Of a stretch of DNA of 32,000 nt, positions 9,256 through 19,724 are shown piece by piece. This stretch comes from Methanosphaera stadtmanae DSM 3091 (lineage in GTDB: Archaea; Methanobacteriota; Methanobacteria; Methanobacteriales; Methanobacteriaceae). The translations under genes were made by a program, and so were the position numbers. The notes beneath the pieces are model-generated. The model searched no databases, had not been told where the DNA came from, and worked only from the letters and a program-made list of their open reading frames with translations. The stretch lies in the NCBI RefSeq assembly GCF_000012545.1, contig NC_007681.1, forward strand, positions 360,001 to 392,000, written 5' to 3'. The first letter of the stretch is position 1, and each line of letters opens with the position of its first letter.

Positions 9256-9711
9256 GGGAAAAGATACATTATCTTTTTTTTACTTTTTTTAAGCATATTT
9301 GAGAATGTGCAACAATTATGTTTTAGTATTTTTTTAACAAGATTTTATTGTTATTATGTTTATATTTATCAAATATTCGTATAACATAGCTAATAAAATA
9401 TATCCAATTAATAGGACAAAATAGTTGTCGCACACTTTATTCTCCATATTTTAGACTATTTTTTTATAAGAGATTATTTATTTACAAAAAGAGCATTTTT
9501 TACAAAAAGAGTAATTTATTTTATAGTTAATTACTTAACTTCTACATGGTTTAGATTTTTAAATATAAATCTGTAGGCTTTTTAACAGTTAAGTCATGAA
9601 AAACCAACAATATATAATAGTATGATTCATAATTTATTATATAACTTAGGGAATTAACTATATTTTTTGAATATTAGGGAATTATTATAAAAAAGAGTGA
9701 ATGAAGAAATT

Positions 9712-10929
9712 TCACATTCCTTCCATACTCATATCCATTAAATTTTTGGTTTCTTTTGCTAATTCATCAGGTAATCCTTTAATATCAATATCAAGGAATC
9801 CTCTTACAATCATGGATGCTGCTTCTTCTTCAGTTAATCCTCTAGCCATTAAGTATTGAATTTCTTCTTCAGCTATTTTTCCAACTGCAGCTTCATGTGA
9901 TAATTCCATATTTGTGGATTCTCCTCTAAGTTCTGGAACAGAATATATTTTTGATTCATCTGATAATATTAGACCCATACATTCAAGATGTCCTCTTACA
10001 TCTGGTGACATACCTACTAAATCTCCACGTGTATAGATTGAAGATTGATCTTCAGATATTGCTCTGGTTATCATTTCAGATTGTGAATTTTTACCTTTTA
10101 GTATGGTTCTTGATCCTTGATCAATTACTGAGTCTTCTTTTCCTGCAAGAATAGATTGGAAAAATACTTTACAATTATCTCCATTTGCATATGCTGTAGG
10201 ATATGATTGAAGATTTCTTACTGGATGTGCTAGTATGTAGTTGGATATGTATGTACTATTATCTTCCATTATAACTCCAGTTCTTGGTCGAACATCCACT
10301 TCTTTAGCCCAGTTATGTACCATTGTAAAGGTTACTTTTGCTCCTTTTTTAAGATAGAATTCAGAAACACCGATGTGTGCTGCATTATCAACATGTTTTG
10401 CAGTGGAACATCCAGTTATTATGTTTATTTCTGAATTTTCTTCTGCTATTATGATGTTATGTGCAGTTTGTCTTACTTCATCATCACCAATATACATACA
10501 TGCTTGTACTGGTATGTCTAATTTAGTATTTGGTTGACTTCTTATGAAGTATCCACTTCTTGCACCAAGTTCTGTTGCTGCGGTATATTTGTCTGCATCT
10601 ACTTGTACAGCTTTCCACATATAATCTTTTAACCAGTCGTATTTATCAAGTGCTTGTGCTGTTCCCATTACTTCTACTCCTGGAAACATGTTTTTTACAA
10701 ATATTTCAGATTGGTCCATTTGTAAAAATGATGCAGCTCTATCTTCTTCTGTAGCATCTACACCAACACTTGTTAATGTTTCAAGATCTACTTTTTGTAG
10801 GTCTTCTAATGAATCAATATGTTCATGTGCATCTGTAGGTTCTGAATGGAATTCTGATAAGTCAACATCAGCACCTATTGCTGCTTTTTTATTTATAGCT
10901 TTTTCGGCTTTATCTTTTATTGATACCAT
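9712..10929 (-). CDS. sufB: Fe-S cluster assembly scaffold, SufB/SufD family
   Basis: 405 aa, immediately downstream of sufC (2-nt gap). The C-terminal half is typical of SufBD beta-helix proteins (…GHLECMGLILSDESKIYSVPELRGESTNMELSHEAAVGKIAEEEIQYLMARGLTEEEA). Confidence 0.88.
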   Translation of the reverse strand: MVSIKDKAEKAINKKAAIGADVDLSEFHSEPTDAHEHIDSLEDLQKVDLETLTSVGVDATEEDRAASFLQMDQSEIFVKNMFPGVEVMGTAQALDKYDWLKDYMWKAVQVDADKYTAATELGARSGYFIRSQPNTKLDIPVQACMYIGDDEVRQTAHNIIIAEENSEINIITGCSTAKHVDNAAHIGVSEFYLKKGAKVTFTMVHNWAKEVDVRPRTGVIMEDNSTYISNYILAHPVRNLQSYPTAYANGDNCKVFFQSILAGKEDSVIDQGSRTILKGKNSQSEMITRAISEDQSSIYTRGDLVGMSPDVRGHLECMGLILSDESKIYSVPELRGESTNMELSHEAAVGKIAEEEIQYLMARGLTEEEAASMIVRGFLDIDIKGLPDELAKETKNLMDMSMEGM

Positions 10930-10931
10930 GT

Positions 10932-11669
10932 TTATACATCTCCAAATCCAGATTCTCTGATTTTTTCTATTATTTCTTCAGGTTCACCTGTACGTGCTAT
11001 TTTTCCATCAATTAACACATGTGCATGTGTAGCATTTACAAATCTAAGTATGTATCCAAGGTGTGTAATGAGTAATCCACCTTTTTGACTGTTTTCATTT
11101 TCTTGGTCAAGTAGGTTAATAATTTCCTTGGATATTAATTCAACATTTTCAATGTCTACTCCAGAATCTGGTTCATCAAACATTATTAGGTCTGGTTGTT
11201 GGGCTAATAGTTGTAGGAGTTCTGATCTTTTTACTTTTCCACCACTGAATCCAAGATTAACATCTCTTTCTAGGAAGTTTTCATTTAATTTAAGTCTTTT
11301 TCCTAGATTAATAACATCTTCTGTTAGTTTTTCGTCTTCTTTGTATTCATTTTTCTTGTCTACAAGTTTTATTAGGTCTTTTAATTTAACTCCACGTATT
11401 GATGGGGGATTTTGAAATGTTACTCCTAATCCTAATTTTATTCTTTCAGGAGTTTCTAAGTCTGTTATGTCTTGACCTTTGTATATTATTTTTCCATTTG
11501 TAACTTTATATTTTGGAAATCCAAGTATGGTCATAAATAGTGTACTTTTTCCTGCCCCATTTGGGCCAAGTAATACGTGTGTTTCACCTTCATCTATGTT
11601 AAGATTAACGCCTTTTAGTATTTTTTTTCCTTCTACTTCTACTTCTAAATCTGATATTTCAAGTAGCAT
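10932..11669 (-). CDS. sufC: Fe-S cluster assembly ATPase SufC (ABC-type)
   Basis: Walker A GPNGAGKST, ABC signature-like FSGGKVKRSE and Walker B LIMFDEPDSGVD. 245 aa, paired with sufB. Confidence 0.9.
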   Translation of the reverse strand: MLLEISDLEVEVEGKKILKGVNLNIDEGETHVLLGPNGAGKSTLFMTILGFPKYKVTNGKIIYKGQDITDLETPERIKLGLGVTFQNPPSIRGVKLKDLIKLVDKKNEYKEDEKLTEDVINLGKRLKLNENFLERDVNLGFSGGKVKRSELLQLLAQQPDLIMFDEPDSGVDIENVELISKEIINLLDQENENSQKGGLLITHLGYILRFVNATHAHVLIDGKIARTGEPEEIIEKIRESGFGDV

Positions 11670-12192
11670 TTCATCACCAAATATTGTAATTATAATACAA
11701 TTATTATATCATAAAAAAATTTTATTTTTAATATCTAATTAAATATATTTTGAAATATATTTTTTTTAACTTTTATAATTTAGGTCTCATATTGTGTTGT
11801 AATTTTTCATATTAATTTTTAAAATCATTTATTCATGTTTTATTTTCTATTTTTAATAAAGAAAATTTCTTATTTTTTGTTTTTGTAAGATAAGTTATTA
11901 TTTTTAAATTTGTATTTGTTAATAATTATTTTTTTAGGTTTACCTAAAGTTTTTAAGGATTTTTACAAAAAAATTATATTTTTAAAAAAAGATTGTCTGC
12001 TCTTTAATCTACATGATCTGTGGATTAGGTGCGTTTTGAATTTATTTTTTTTCTTAATAAAAATACTAAAAATCATGACAAATTTCTTTCATTATATTTA
12101 AACTTAATGGTTTATAATATAAAACAACCTTTATAATAATAGTTATAGTGATATAATATTGTACATTATTTTAGTTTGTACATTTTTTTAAT

Positions 12193-12215
12193 ATTGTATC
12201 ATTAACTGATACAAT
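12193..12215. promoter_or_regulatory. Perfect 9-5-9 palindrome ATTGTATCA-ttaac-TGATACAAT upstream of mvhD (candidate operator)
   Basis: Read directly from the sequence. It lies about 115-135 nt upstream of the mvhD ATG in a 659-nt divergent intergenic region. A second, imperfect 8-5-8 inverted repeat (AATCTACA-tgatc-TGTGGATT) lies at about 12007-12027. Confidence 0.3.
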
Positions 12216-12328
12216 AAGCACGTGTTTAAATATTAATTTAAATGTCTAAATTCATTAAAACAAAAATGAGTTAGAATTATTTTTTTGAATAAAAAAATAA
12301 TCATGTTTTTTAAATAGGAGGAAAAAAT

Positions 12329-12757
12329 ATGGCTAACGACGATATTAAGATAATCGTTTTCAGTTGTAACTGGTGCTGCTATGGTGGAGCAGATACAGCA
12401 GGAACATCAAGAATGCAATACCCACCTAACATAAGAATGATCAGAGTAATGTGCTCTGGAAGAATCGAACCTCAATTTATTCTCAAAGCTCTAAGAGAAG
12501 GAGCAGACGGAGTATTTGTAGGTGGATGTCATATGGGTGACTGCCACTACGATGCAGGTAACTACAAATTTGATAGAAGAATGAGATTAGTATACAGATT
12601 ATTAGATGAACTTGGTCTTGAAAAAGAAAGAGTACAACACGACTGGATCTCAGCTTCTGAAGGTGAAAAATTCGCAAATACAATTAGAAGAGTAACTGCA
12701 GAAATCCAAGAGCTTGGTCCTTCACCACTCAAAGAACAAATAAATCAGGAGGCATAA
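12329..12757 (+). CDS. mvhD: F420-non-reducing hydrogenase iron-sulfur subunit D (MvhD)
   Basis: 142 aa, [15 protein letters not shown]…[17 protein letters not shown]…[14 protein letters not shown], a classic MvhD/HdrA-associated delta subunit. Strong RBS (aggagg). Confidence 0.93.
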   Translation: MANDDIKIIVFSCNWCCYGGADTAGTSRMQYPPNIRMIRVMCSGRIEPQFILKALREGADGVFVGGCHMGDCHYDAGNYKFDRRMRLVYRLLDELGLEKERVQHDWISASEGEKFANTIRRVTAEIQELGPSPLKEQINQEA

Positions 12758-12760
12758 GTA

Positions 12761-13678
12761 ATGGCAGATAAAGTAAAAATAGGAACAATGTGGCTAGGTG
12801 GATGTTCTGGATGTCACATCGCATTAACTGATTTACACGAATTATTATTAGACGTATTAGACGTTGCAGAATTCGAATTCAGCCCAGTATTAATGGATAC
12901 AAAATATGATGAAATTCCACACATGGATATCATATTCATAGAAGGTGGAATCCGTAACGAAGAAAACAGAGAATTAGCTGAAGTATTAAGAGAAAAAGCT
13001 GATATGGTTGTAGCATACGGTTCATGTGCAGAATTCGGAGGAATTCCTGGATTAGGTAACTTATACACTCCAGAAGAATTAGAAGAAGAAGCATACTTAA
13101 ACTCTTGTTCTACTGTAAACCCTGATGGAATCATTCCAAGTGAATCTGTACCTCACTTAGAAAGCAGAGTAAGACCTTTAGCTGATGTTATAAAAGTAGA
13201 TGCAGCATTACCTGGTTGTCCACCAAAATCTGAAGTAATTGCACAAGTAGTCATTGCTTTAGTAAAAGGTGAACCTGTGGAAATTCCAGATAACAACCTT
13301 TGTGATGTATGTGAAAGAGAAAAACCACCTACGGGTATGGCAATGGATACCATTAAAAGGCCATGGGAAGTTGGAGCAACAGACAAAGATTTATGTTTAG
13401 TACCACAAGGTATAATTTGTTTAGGTCCTGCAACCCGTCCTTTATGTGGAGCACAATGTCCAGCAGTAGATACACCATGTCGTGGATGTTACGGTCCTAC
13501 TGACAAAATATTAGATGCAGGAGCAAAAATGATAAGTGCTATCTCATCAGACTTTGGTGTAGAAGACGATAAAACTGTAGATCCTGAAGAAGTTGCAAAT
13601 CAAGTAGAAGATGTAGTAGGAACATTCTATACTTACACATTACCAGCAGCTTTAATCCCATTAAAAATTAAAAACTAA
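12761..13678 (+). CDS. mvhG: F420-non-reducing [NiFe] hydrogenase small subunit (MvhG)
   Basis: 305 aa, IGTMWLGGCSGCHIAL… plus distal Cys clusters (CDVCE…, CLGPATRPLCGAQCP…PCRGCYGP). It follows mvhD with a 3-nt gap. Confidence 0.92.
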   Translation: MADKVKIGTMWLGGCSGCHIALTDLHELLLDVLDVAEFEFSPVLMDTKYDEIPHMDIIFIEGGIRNEENRELAEVLREKADMVVAYGSCAEFGGIPGLGNLYTPEELEEEAYLNSCSTVNPDGIIPSESVPHLESRVRPLADVIKVDAALPGCPPKSEVIAQVVIALVKGEPVEIPDNNLCDVCEREKPPTGMAMDTIKRPWEVGATDKDLCLVPQGIICLGPATRPLCGAQCPAVDTPCRGCYGPTDKILDAGAKMISAISSDFGVEDDKTVDPEEVANQVEDVVGTFYTYTLPAALIPLKIKN

Positions 13679-13700
13679 TTAATGAAGGAGGAAAAAATAT

Positions 13701-15131
13701 ATGGTAGAATTAACATTAGAACCTGTAACAAGAATCGAAGGTCACGCTAAAATTACAGTAGATCTTGATGAAGAAGGAAATGTAAAAGATACAAAATTAC
13801 ATGTAATGGAATTCAGAGGATTTGAAAAATTCTTACAAGGAAGACCTATTGAAGAAGTACCTAGAATCGTACCTAGAATCTGTGGTATTTGTGACGTACA
13901 ACACCACTTAGCTGCAGCAAAAGCATGTGACCAAGTATTTGGTTATAATGACGATGAAATACTTCCAGCTGCATACAAAATGAGAGAAATTATGAACTGG
14001 GCATCTGTAATGCACTCACACACATTAAGTTTCTACTTCTTATCTGCACCTGATTTCATAGGTGGAAAAGATAGAAAAACTAGAAACGTATTCCAAATTA
14101 TTAAAGATGCACCTGAATTAGCTAAAAAAGCTTTAGCATTAAGAAGAAACTCTCAAGATATCGTAACTGCAATTGGTGGAAGACCAATTCACCAAGTATC
14201 CAACACACCTGGTGGAATTACCACTGAATTAACAGACGAAGAACAAAAAGATAATTTAGTAAAAGCTCAAGAAGCACTTGAACTTTCATTAGATACATGG
14301 GATGCAGCACAACCTATCTTTGAAGAAAACATGGATCTTATTAAAACACTTGGTAATGTAGAAACATACCACTGTGGTTTAGTAGATAAAAAAGATGGTA
14401 GTTGGGATATGTACAACGGTAATGTAAGAATGACCGATAAAAAAGGTGACATCTACGCTGAATTTGGTTCACAAGATTACACCGACTACATGGCTGAAGG
14501 CGTAAAACCATACTCCTGGTTAAAATTCCCATACATAAAAGAGTTAGGATATCCTGAAGGTATCTACAGAGTAGCTCCTTTATCAAGAATTAATGTATGT
14601 ACAAAAATGCCTGATGCAGCAGAAAGAGCTCAAGATTACTTAAATGAATTCAGAAAAGACTTCGGATATGCTCAAGAACCTTTATTATTCCACCCAGCAA
14701 GATTAATCGAATTAGTAGCAGCTTCTGAATTAGCTGTAGATGGTCTTGAAGGAGATTTAAGTGGAGAAAAACGTCCTGGAGCTATTGACCGTTCACAAAT
14801 CACTGGTAAAGGTGTAGGTATTGTTGAAGCATCAAGAGGAACATTAACTCACCACTACGAAACTGATGAAAACGGTTTAGTAACTAAAGCAAACATTGTA
14901 GTAGCTACAGTACAAAACAACCCAGCTATGGAAATGGGTATTCAACAAGTAGCTAAAAACTACATAAAACCTGGAGTAGAAGTTGACGATAAAATCTTCA
15001 ACTTAATGGAAATGGTTATTCGTGCTTACGATCCATGTCTATCCTGTGCTACTCATCAATTAGATACCCAAATGAGATTATCTACAGTAGAAGTATATGA
15101 TCACATGGGTAACTTAGTTAAAAAAGTCTAA
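13701..15131 (+). CDS. mvhA: F420-non-reducing [NiFe] hydrogenase large subunit (MvhA)
   Basis: 476 aa with the N-terminal Ni-binding motif [10 protein letters not shown] and the C-terminal DPCLSCATH motif, followed by a short extension consistent with protease-processed maturation. Strong RBS (gaaggagg). Confidence 0.93.
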   Translation: MVELTLEPVTRIEGHAKITVDLDEEGNVKDTKLHVMEFRGFEKFLQGRPIEEVPRIVPRICGICDVQHHLAAAKACDQVFGYNDDEILPAAYKMREIMNWASVMHSHTLSFYFLSAPDFIGGKDRKTRNVFQIIKDAPELAKKALALRRNSQDIVTAIGGRPIHQVSNTPGGITTELTDEEQKDNLVKAQEALELSLDTWDAAQPIFEENMDLIKTLGNVETYHCGLVDKKDGSWDMYNGNVRMTDKKGDIYAEFGSQDYTDYMAEGVKPYSWLKFPYIKELGYPEGIYRVAPLSRINVCTKMPDAAERAQDYLNEFRKDFGYAQEPLLFHPARLIELVAASELAVDGLEGDLSGEKRPGAIDRSQITGKGVGIVEASRGTLTHHYETDENGLVTKANIVVATVQNNPAMEMGIQQVAKNYIKPGVEVDDKIFNLMEMVIRAYDPCLSCATHQLDTQMRLSTVEVYDHMGNLVKKV

Positions 15132-15182
15132 GTAAATAAATCTAAAAATACGATCTTCTAATGAAGAGTGTACTTGAATTAT

Positions 15183-15215
15183 GAAATAAGGGATTCTATC
15201 TCTTATTTCTTTTTC
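15183..15215 (+). terminator. Hairpin plus T-tract downstream of mvhA
   Basis: GAAATAAGGGA-ttcta-TCTCTTATTTC (11-bp stem with one mismatch) is followed directly by tttttctttc. It lies about 50 nt after the mvhA stop. Confidence 0.5.
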
Positions 15216-15467
15216 TTTCAAATATTTAATTAGTTTAAATATTTTAAACTAATAGGGTATTGTATTTAATATTGTTTGTTAGATATTACAAACAGATTAT
15301 GACTAAAATAATACAAATGGGAACATAGACTTCATAGTATGAGATTTATCTTGACTAATGAAGCTATGCTTTTTATTTTTTATAAATTACTTTTTTTTGA
15401 AATATTAGTATTATTTTTTAAAAATAGTAGGATTTTTTAATTTTTTTTTCTCAAAAAAACTGTATGT

Positions 15468-16391
15468 TTATATTTGATTTATAATTTCATCTACATTGTA
15501 TATTGAGGGATTTGTTTTATTAAAATATACTCCACTAATGATGTTAATACCTAGTTTTAGATAGTTTTTTATGTCATTGTTTTTATTTGTAGCATATTTT
15601 ATTTTCAGTTTTGTTTTTGGAAATACTATTCTTAGTATTGAAATTATTTTTTTAATGTAGTCTTGTGTATACTGTGGATTGTATTCTTCTGGTGTATCAT
15701 AGAATGGATCATATCCTATAATTTCAATAACATCAGGATTTATTTTAAGTAAATTATCAATTGTATGTTTTAGGTCTACATGTCTTTCATAATTATTTAT
15801 CATAAATTCACATACTATTTGAATATTTGAATTATCTTTAATTATTTTTGATAGTTTTGACATCTTCTTATTGAAATTTACATGATTTCTTTTAATAAAG
15901 GGATTGTGATTTGTTAGTGTATAATCAATAATCAATGAATTTATATTGTAATTACTAATTTCATAGTAATCATCAAAATTCTCTAATTTAACATTAACAC
16001 CTAAATCATATCTACTCAATATTTTTAAAACTAGGATAAGATCTTCAATTTTAGAATTACATCTACCATAACAATTAATAGCCTCTATTGGATATGATGA
16101 AATATATCTAATATTATAATCTATGATATTTTTAATATATTCAGGATTATATTTTTTATGTGACTGTGGTGTTCTATAACCACATGTAGGACAATTATCA
16201 TCAACACCATAAATGTCAGGATAATAAATATTAGTTTCAAATTTTATATTTTCATTTAATTTTCTTTGAGTATCTTGTGATTTTTCATATAAAAAAGTAA
16301 TACTTTCTATATCATCTAATTGGAGAATATATTCTAAATCTTCACTTTCTATTTTTCCATTTTCTAAATTATTTATCACTATTTGTAACAT
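15468..16391 (-). CDS. Hypothetical protein with BioB/HydE-like (radical-SAM TIM-barrel-like) layout but a non-canonical CX2C in place of CX3CX2C
   Basis: 307 aa, very Asn/Ile/Lys-rich. By eye, the segment NIYYPDIYGVDDNCPTCGYRTPQSHKKY parallels the BioB segment ...[20 protein letters not shown]. Later segments (NCYGRC, IVCEFMINNYERHVDLKHTIDNLLKINPDVIEIIGYDPFYDTPEE, ILRIVFPKTKLKIKYA) parallel BioB core strands. No database search was possible. Confidence 0.4.
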   Translation of the reverse strand: MLQIVINNLENGKIESEDLEYILQLDDIESITFLYEKSQDTQRKLNENIKFETNIYYPDIYGVDDNCPTCGYRTPQSHKKYNPEYIKNIIDYNIRYISSYPIEAINCYGRCNSKIEDLILVLKILSRYDLGVNVKLENFDDYYEISNYNINSLIIDYTLTNHNPFIKRNHVNFNKKMSKLSKIIKDNSNIQIVCEFMINNYERHVDLKHTIDNLLKINPDVIEIIGYDPFYDTPEEYNPQYTQDYIKKIISILRIVFPKTKLKIKYATNKNNDIKNYLKLGINIISGVYFNKTNPSIYNVDEIINQI

Positions 16392-17060
16392 TTTTTATCT
16401 CCATTGGATTTAACTCAAAAGAACTTAACTTAAATTTTTTTTTAATCAAGCATTTTTTAATAAACTTAAGGTCTAACTAAAAATAATTTCTTTATTATTT
16501 TACTTAAAAAACCTTTTTTTATAGTTTTAAATCTGATTTATTTTTACTTAAAAAGTAAAAACATTTATATGTTTATTCTTATTATATATTTCAATTGTAA
16601 GAATATTTATTACAAATAACAATTAGTATTACAAAATATTCAATAATAATGTTTATCTTTGTATTACTCATAATGAATTAAACGTACTATAAACGGTTAT
16701 TAAATTATATCCTAGTGGTAATTCGTGTTACTAGGAGTATTTATTCTTTGTATGAATATTTGAGCACAAAAATTATGGAAATGTATTTTTAGATAACAGT
16801 TGGAGGGGTATATTTCTATTACTTAAGTTTATAAATAATTGATTTAAAACTGAATTTTTTTTCACCAGTACATTCAATGTACAAATATAAAAAAAATTAC
16901 TTTCTTGTTTCATTAAATTATTTTCACCAACTAAATCAATTTAATGAGAATAACATCAATAGTAATTGTGGAAAAAAAGAGTATTATAGAACATAGTAAC
17001 CCGGAATGAATATGATAATTTCATTTCTTAATGAATATAATTTAAGAGGTGTACATATAA

Positions 17061-18389
<1,329 letters not shown>

Positions 18390-18398
18390 TTATAAGGA

Positions 18399-18920
18399 AT
18401 GTTTAAAATGTCAACAGATAATAATGAAGCAGAAGTTAATGTTATAAAAGCAACCGATGTAAAAATTTTTCCAGATAGAATTTTAAAACCTGAAACAACA
18501 GAAACTATCTTAAACAAGGTAATGAAGTTGGAAGGTGTTTTAAGAATTTTAATAAATGGTGAAAGATTACCTACAGTAGTGACTATGGGTCCAGCAAGGG
18601 GAGCACCAGTAAATCACACTGATAGGAAAACAATTAATGTTAAGGGTAACGATGTTCCATTGAGAGTATCTGTTGGAGAAATAATTTTAACAGTCCAATT
18701 AGACAATCTTGAAGATTTTGTAACAGAAGTCAATAATATTTTAGATGAAACCTTAAAATTCGGATATAATGTTTCAGTTGGTGTGTTTACAAAAACAAAT
18801 ACAACTGTAAGTGATTATATGAAATATGGTCAAGGTTTTGAAGATAAAATAGATTCAAGACTTATCGGATTAGTTGATCCAAATGCAAAATCATCAGAAA
18901 CCATAAGATATATCAGGTGA
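18399..18920 (+). CDS. mrtD: Methyl-coenzyme M reductase operon protein D
   Basis: About 170 aa between the beta and gamma genes, with …IFPDRILKPETTETILNKV…GVLRILINGERLP… typical of McrD. The ATG at 18408 (MSTDNNE) is the more likely start given its spacing from aagga. Confidence 0.88.
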   Translation: MFKMSTDNNEAEVNVIKATDVKIFPDRILKPETTETILNKVMKLEGVLRILINGERLPTVVTMGPARGAPVNHTDRKTINVKGNDVPLRVSVGEIILTVQLDNLEDFVTEVNNILDETLKFGYNVSVGVFTKTNTTVSDYMKYGQGFEDKIDSRLIGLVDPNAKSSETIRYIR

Positions 18921-18926
18921 TTGTAA

Positions 18927-19724
18927 ATGGCATATGAAGTACAATATTATCCTGGAGAAAGTGTTATTGCAGAAAACCGTAAAAAACACATGAATCCAGA
19001 TCATGAACTTAAAAAACTTAGAAATATTGCAGATGACGATATAGTAAAACTTTTAAGTCACAGAAACCCAGGAGAAGGTTACAAAACAGTACACCCACCT
19101 CTTGATGAAATGGACTTTGAAGAAGATACTATGAAAGACTTCGTAGAACCAATCGACGGAGCTAAAAAAGGAATTCGTATAAGATACATACAATTCGCAG
19201 ACTCAATGTATAATGCACCTGCTCAACCATACGACAGAGCAAGATCATACATGAGAAGATTCAGAGGAGTAGATACAGGTACACTCTCAGGAAGACAAGT
19301 AATTGAAATGAGAGAATCTGACTTAGAAGAAACTTCCAAATTATTATTAGAATCTGAATTCTTTGATTCCGCTAAAACAGGTTTAAGAGGAGCAACCGTA
19401 CACGGTCACTCATTAAGACTTGATGAAGACGGATTAATGTTTGATGCATTACAAAGATACGTATTCGATAAAGAAACTGGTCACGTTGTATACGTAAAAG
19501 ATCAAGTAGGAGTAGAACTTGATGAACCTATTGATGTAGGAGAACCATTACCAGAAGACGAACTTAAGAAAATAACAACCATCTACAGATCTGACAACGT
19601 CAGCTTAAGAGATGATGAAGAAGTTATTAAAGTAGTTGAAGCTATTCACTTCGCAAGAACTGATGGTGGATATGGTTTAGAAGTATTCAACAACGATTTA
19701 AAAAGTAAATTAGGTGGTAACTAA
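18927..19724 (+). CDS. mrtG: Methyl-coenzyme M reductase gamma subunit
   Basis: 265 aa, [32 protein letters not shown]…, a typical McrG. RBS aggtga. Confidence 0.93.
   Translation: MAYEVQYYPGESVIAENRKKHMNPDHELKKLRNIADDDIVKLLSHRNPGEGYKTVHPPLDEMDFEEDTMKDFVEPIDGAKKGIRIRYIQFADSMYNAPAQPYDRARSYMRRFRGVDTGTLSGRQVIEMRESDLEETSKLLLESEFFDSAKTGLRGATVHGHSLRLDEDGLMFDALQRYVFDKETGHVVYVKDQVGVELDEPIDVGEPLPEDELKKITTIYRSDNVSLRDDEEVIKVVEAIHFARTDGGYGLEVFNNDLKSKLGGN

Noticed and set aside
9951-11742. Plus-strand ORFs lie antisense to sufB and sufC (9951-10154, 10560-10754, 10688-10960, 11128-11415, 11479-11742).
   Set aside because: They are overlapped by well-supported suf genes, and their translations are L/S/F-rich nonsense.
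11910-12101. A 63-aa ORF lies in the sufC/mvhD intergenic region.
   Set aside because: Its translation is I/L/F/K-rich, as expected from random AT-rich DNA. It has no RBS, and the region is better explained as a promoter or regulatory spacer.
12483-14586. Several minus-strand ORFs lie inside mvhD, mvhG and mvhA (12483-12683, 12814-13134, 13153-13386, 14267-14452, 14341-14586).
   Set aside because: All are antisense to strongly supported hydrogenase genes. Their S/L/N-rich low-complexity translations are expected from the complement of codon-biased genes.
15132-17060. The AT-rich block between mvhA and mrtB might be an inserted mobile element or genomic islet.
   Set aside because: I could not identify a transposase or integrase, terminal inverted repeats or target-site duplication. 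Low GC alone is not evidence in a genome this AT-rich. It is reported only as a synteny anomaly.
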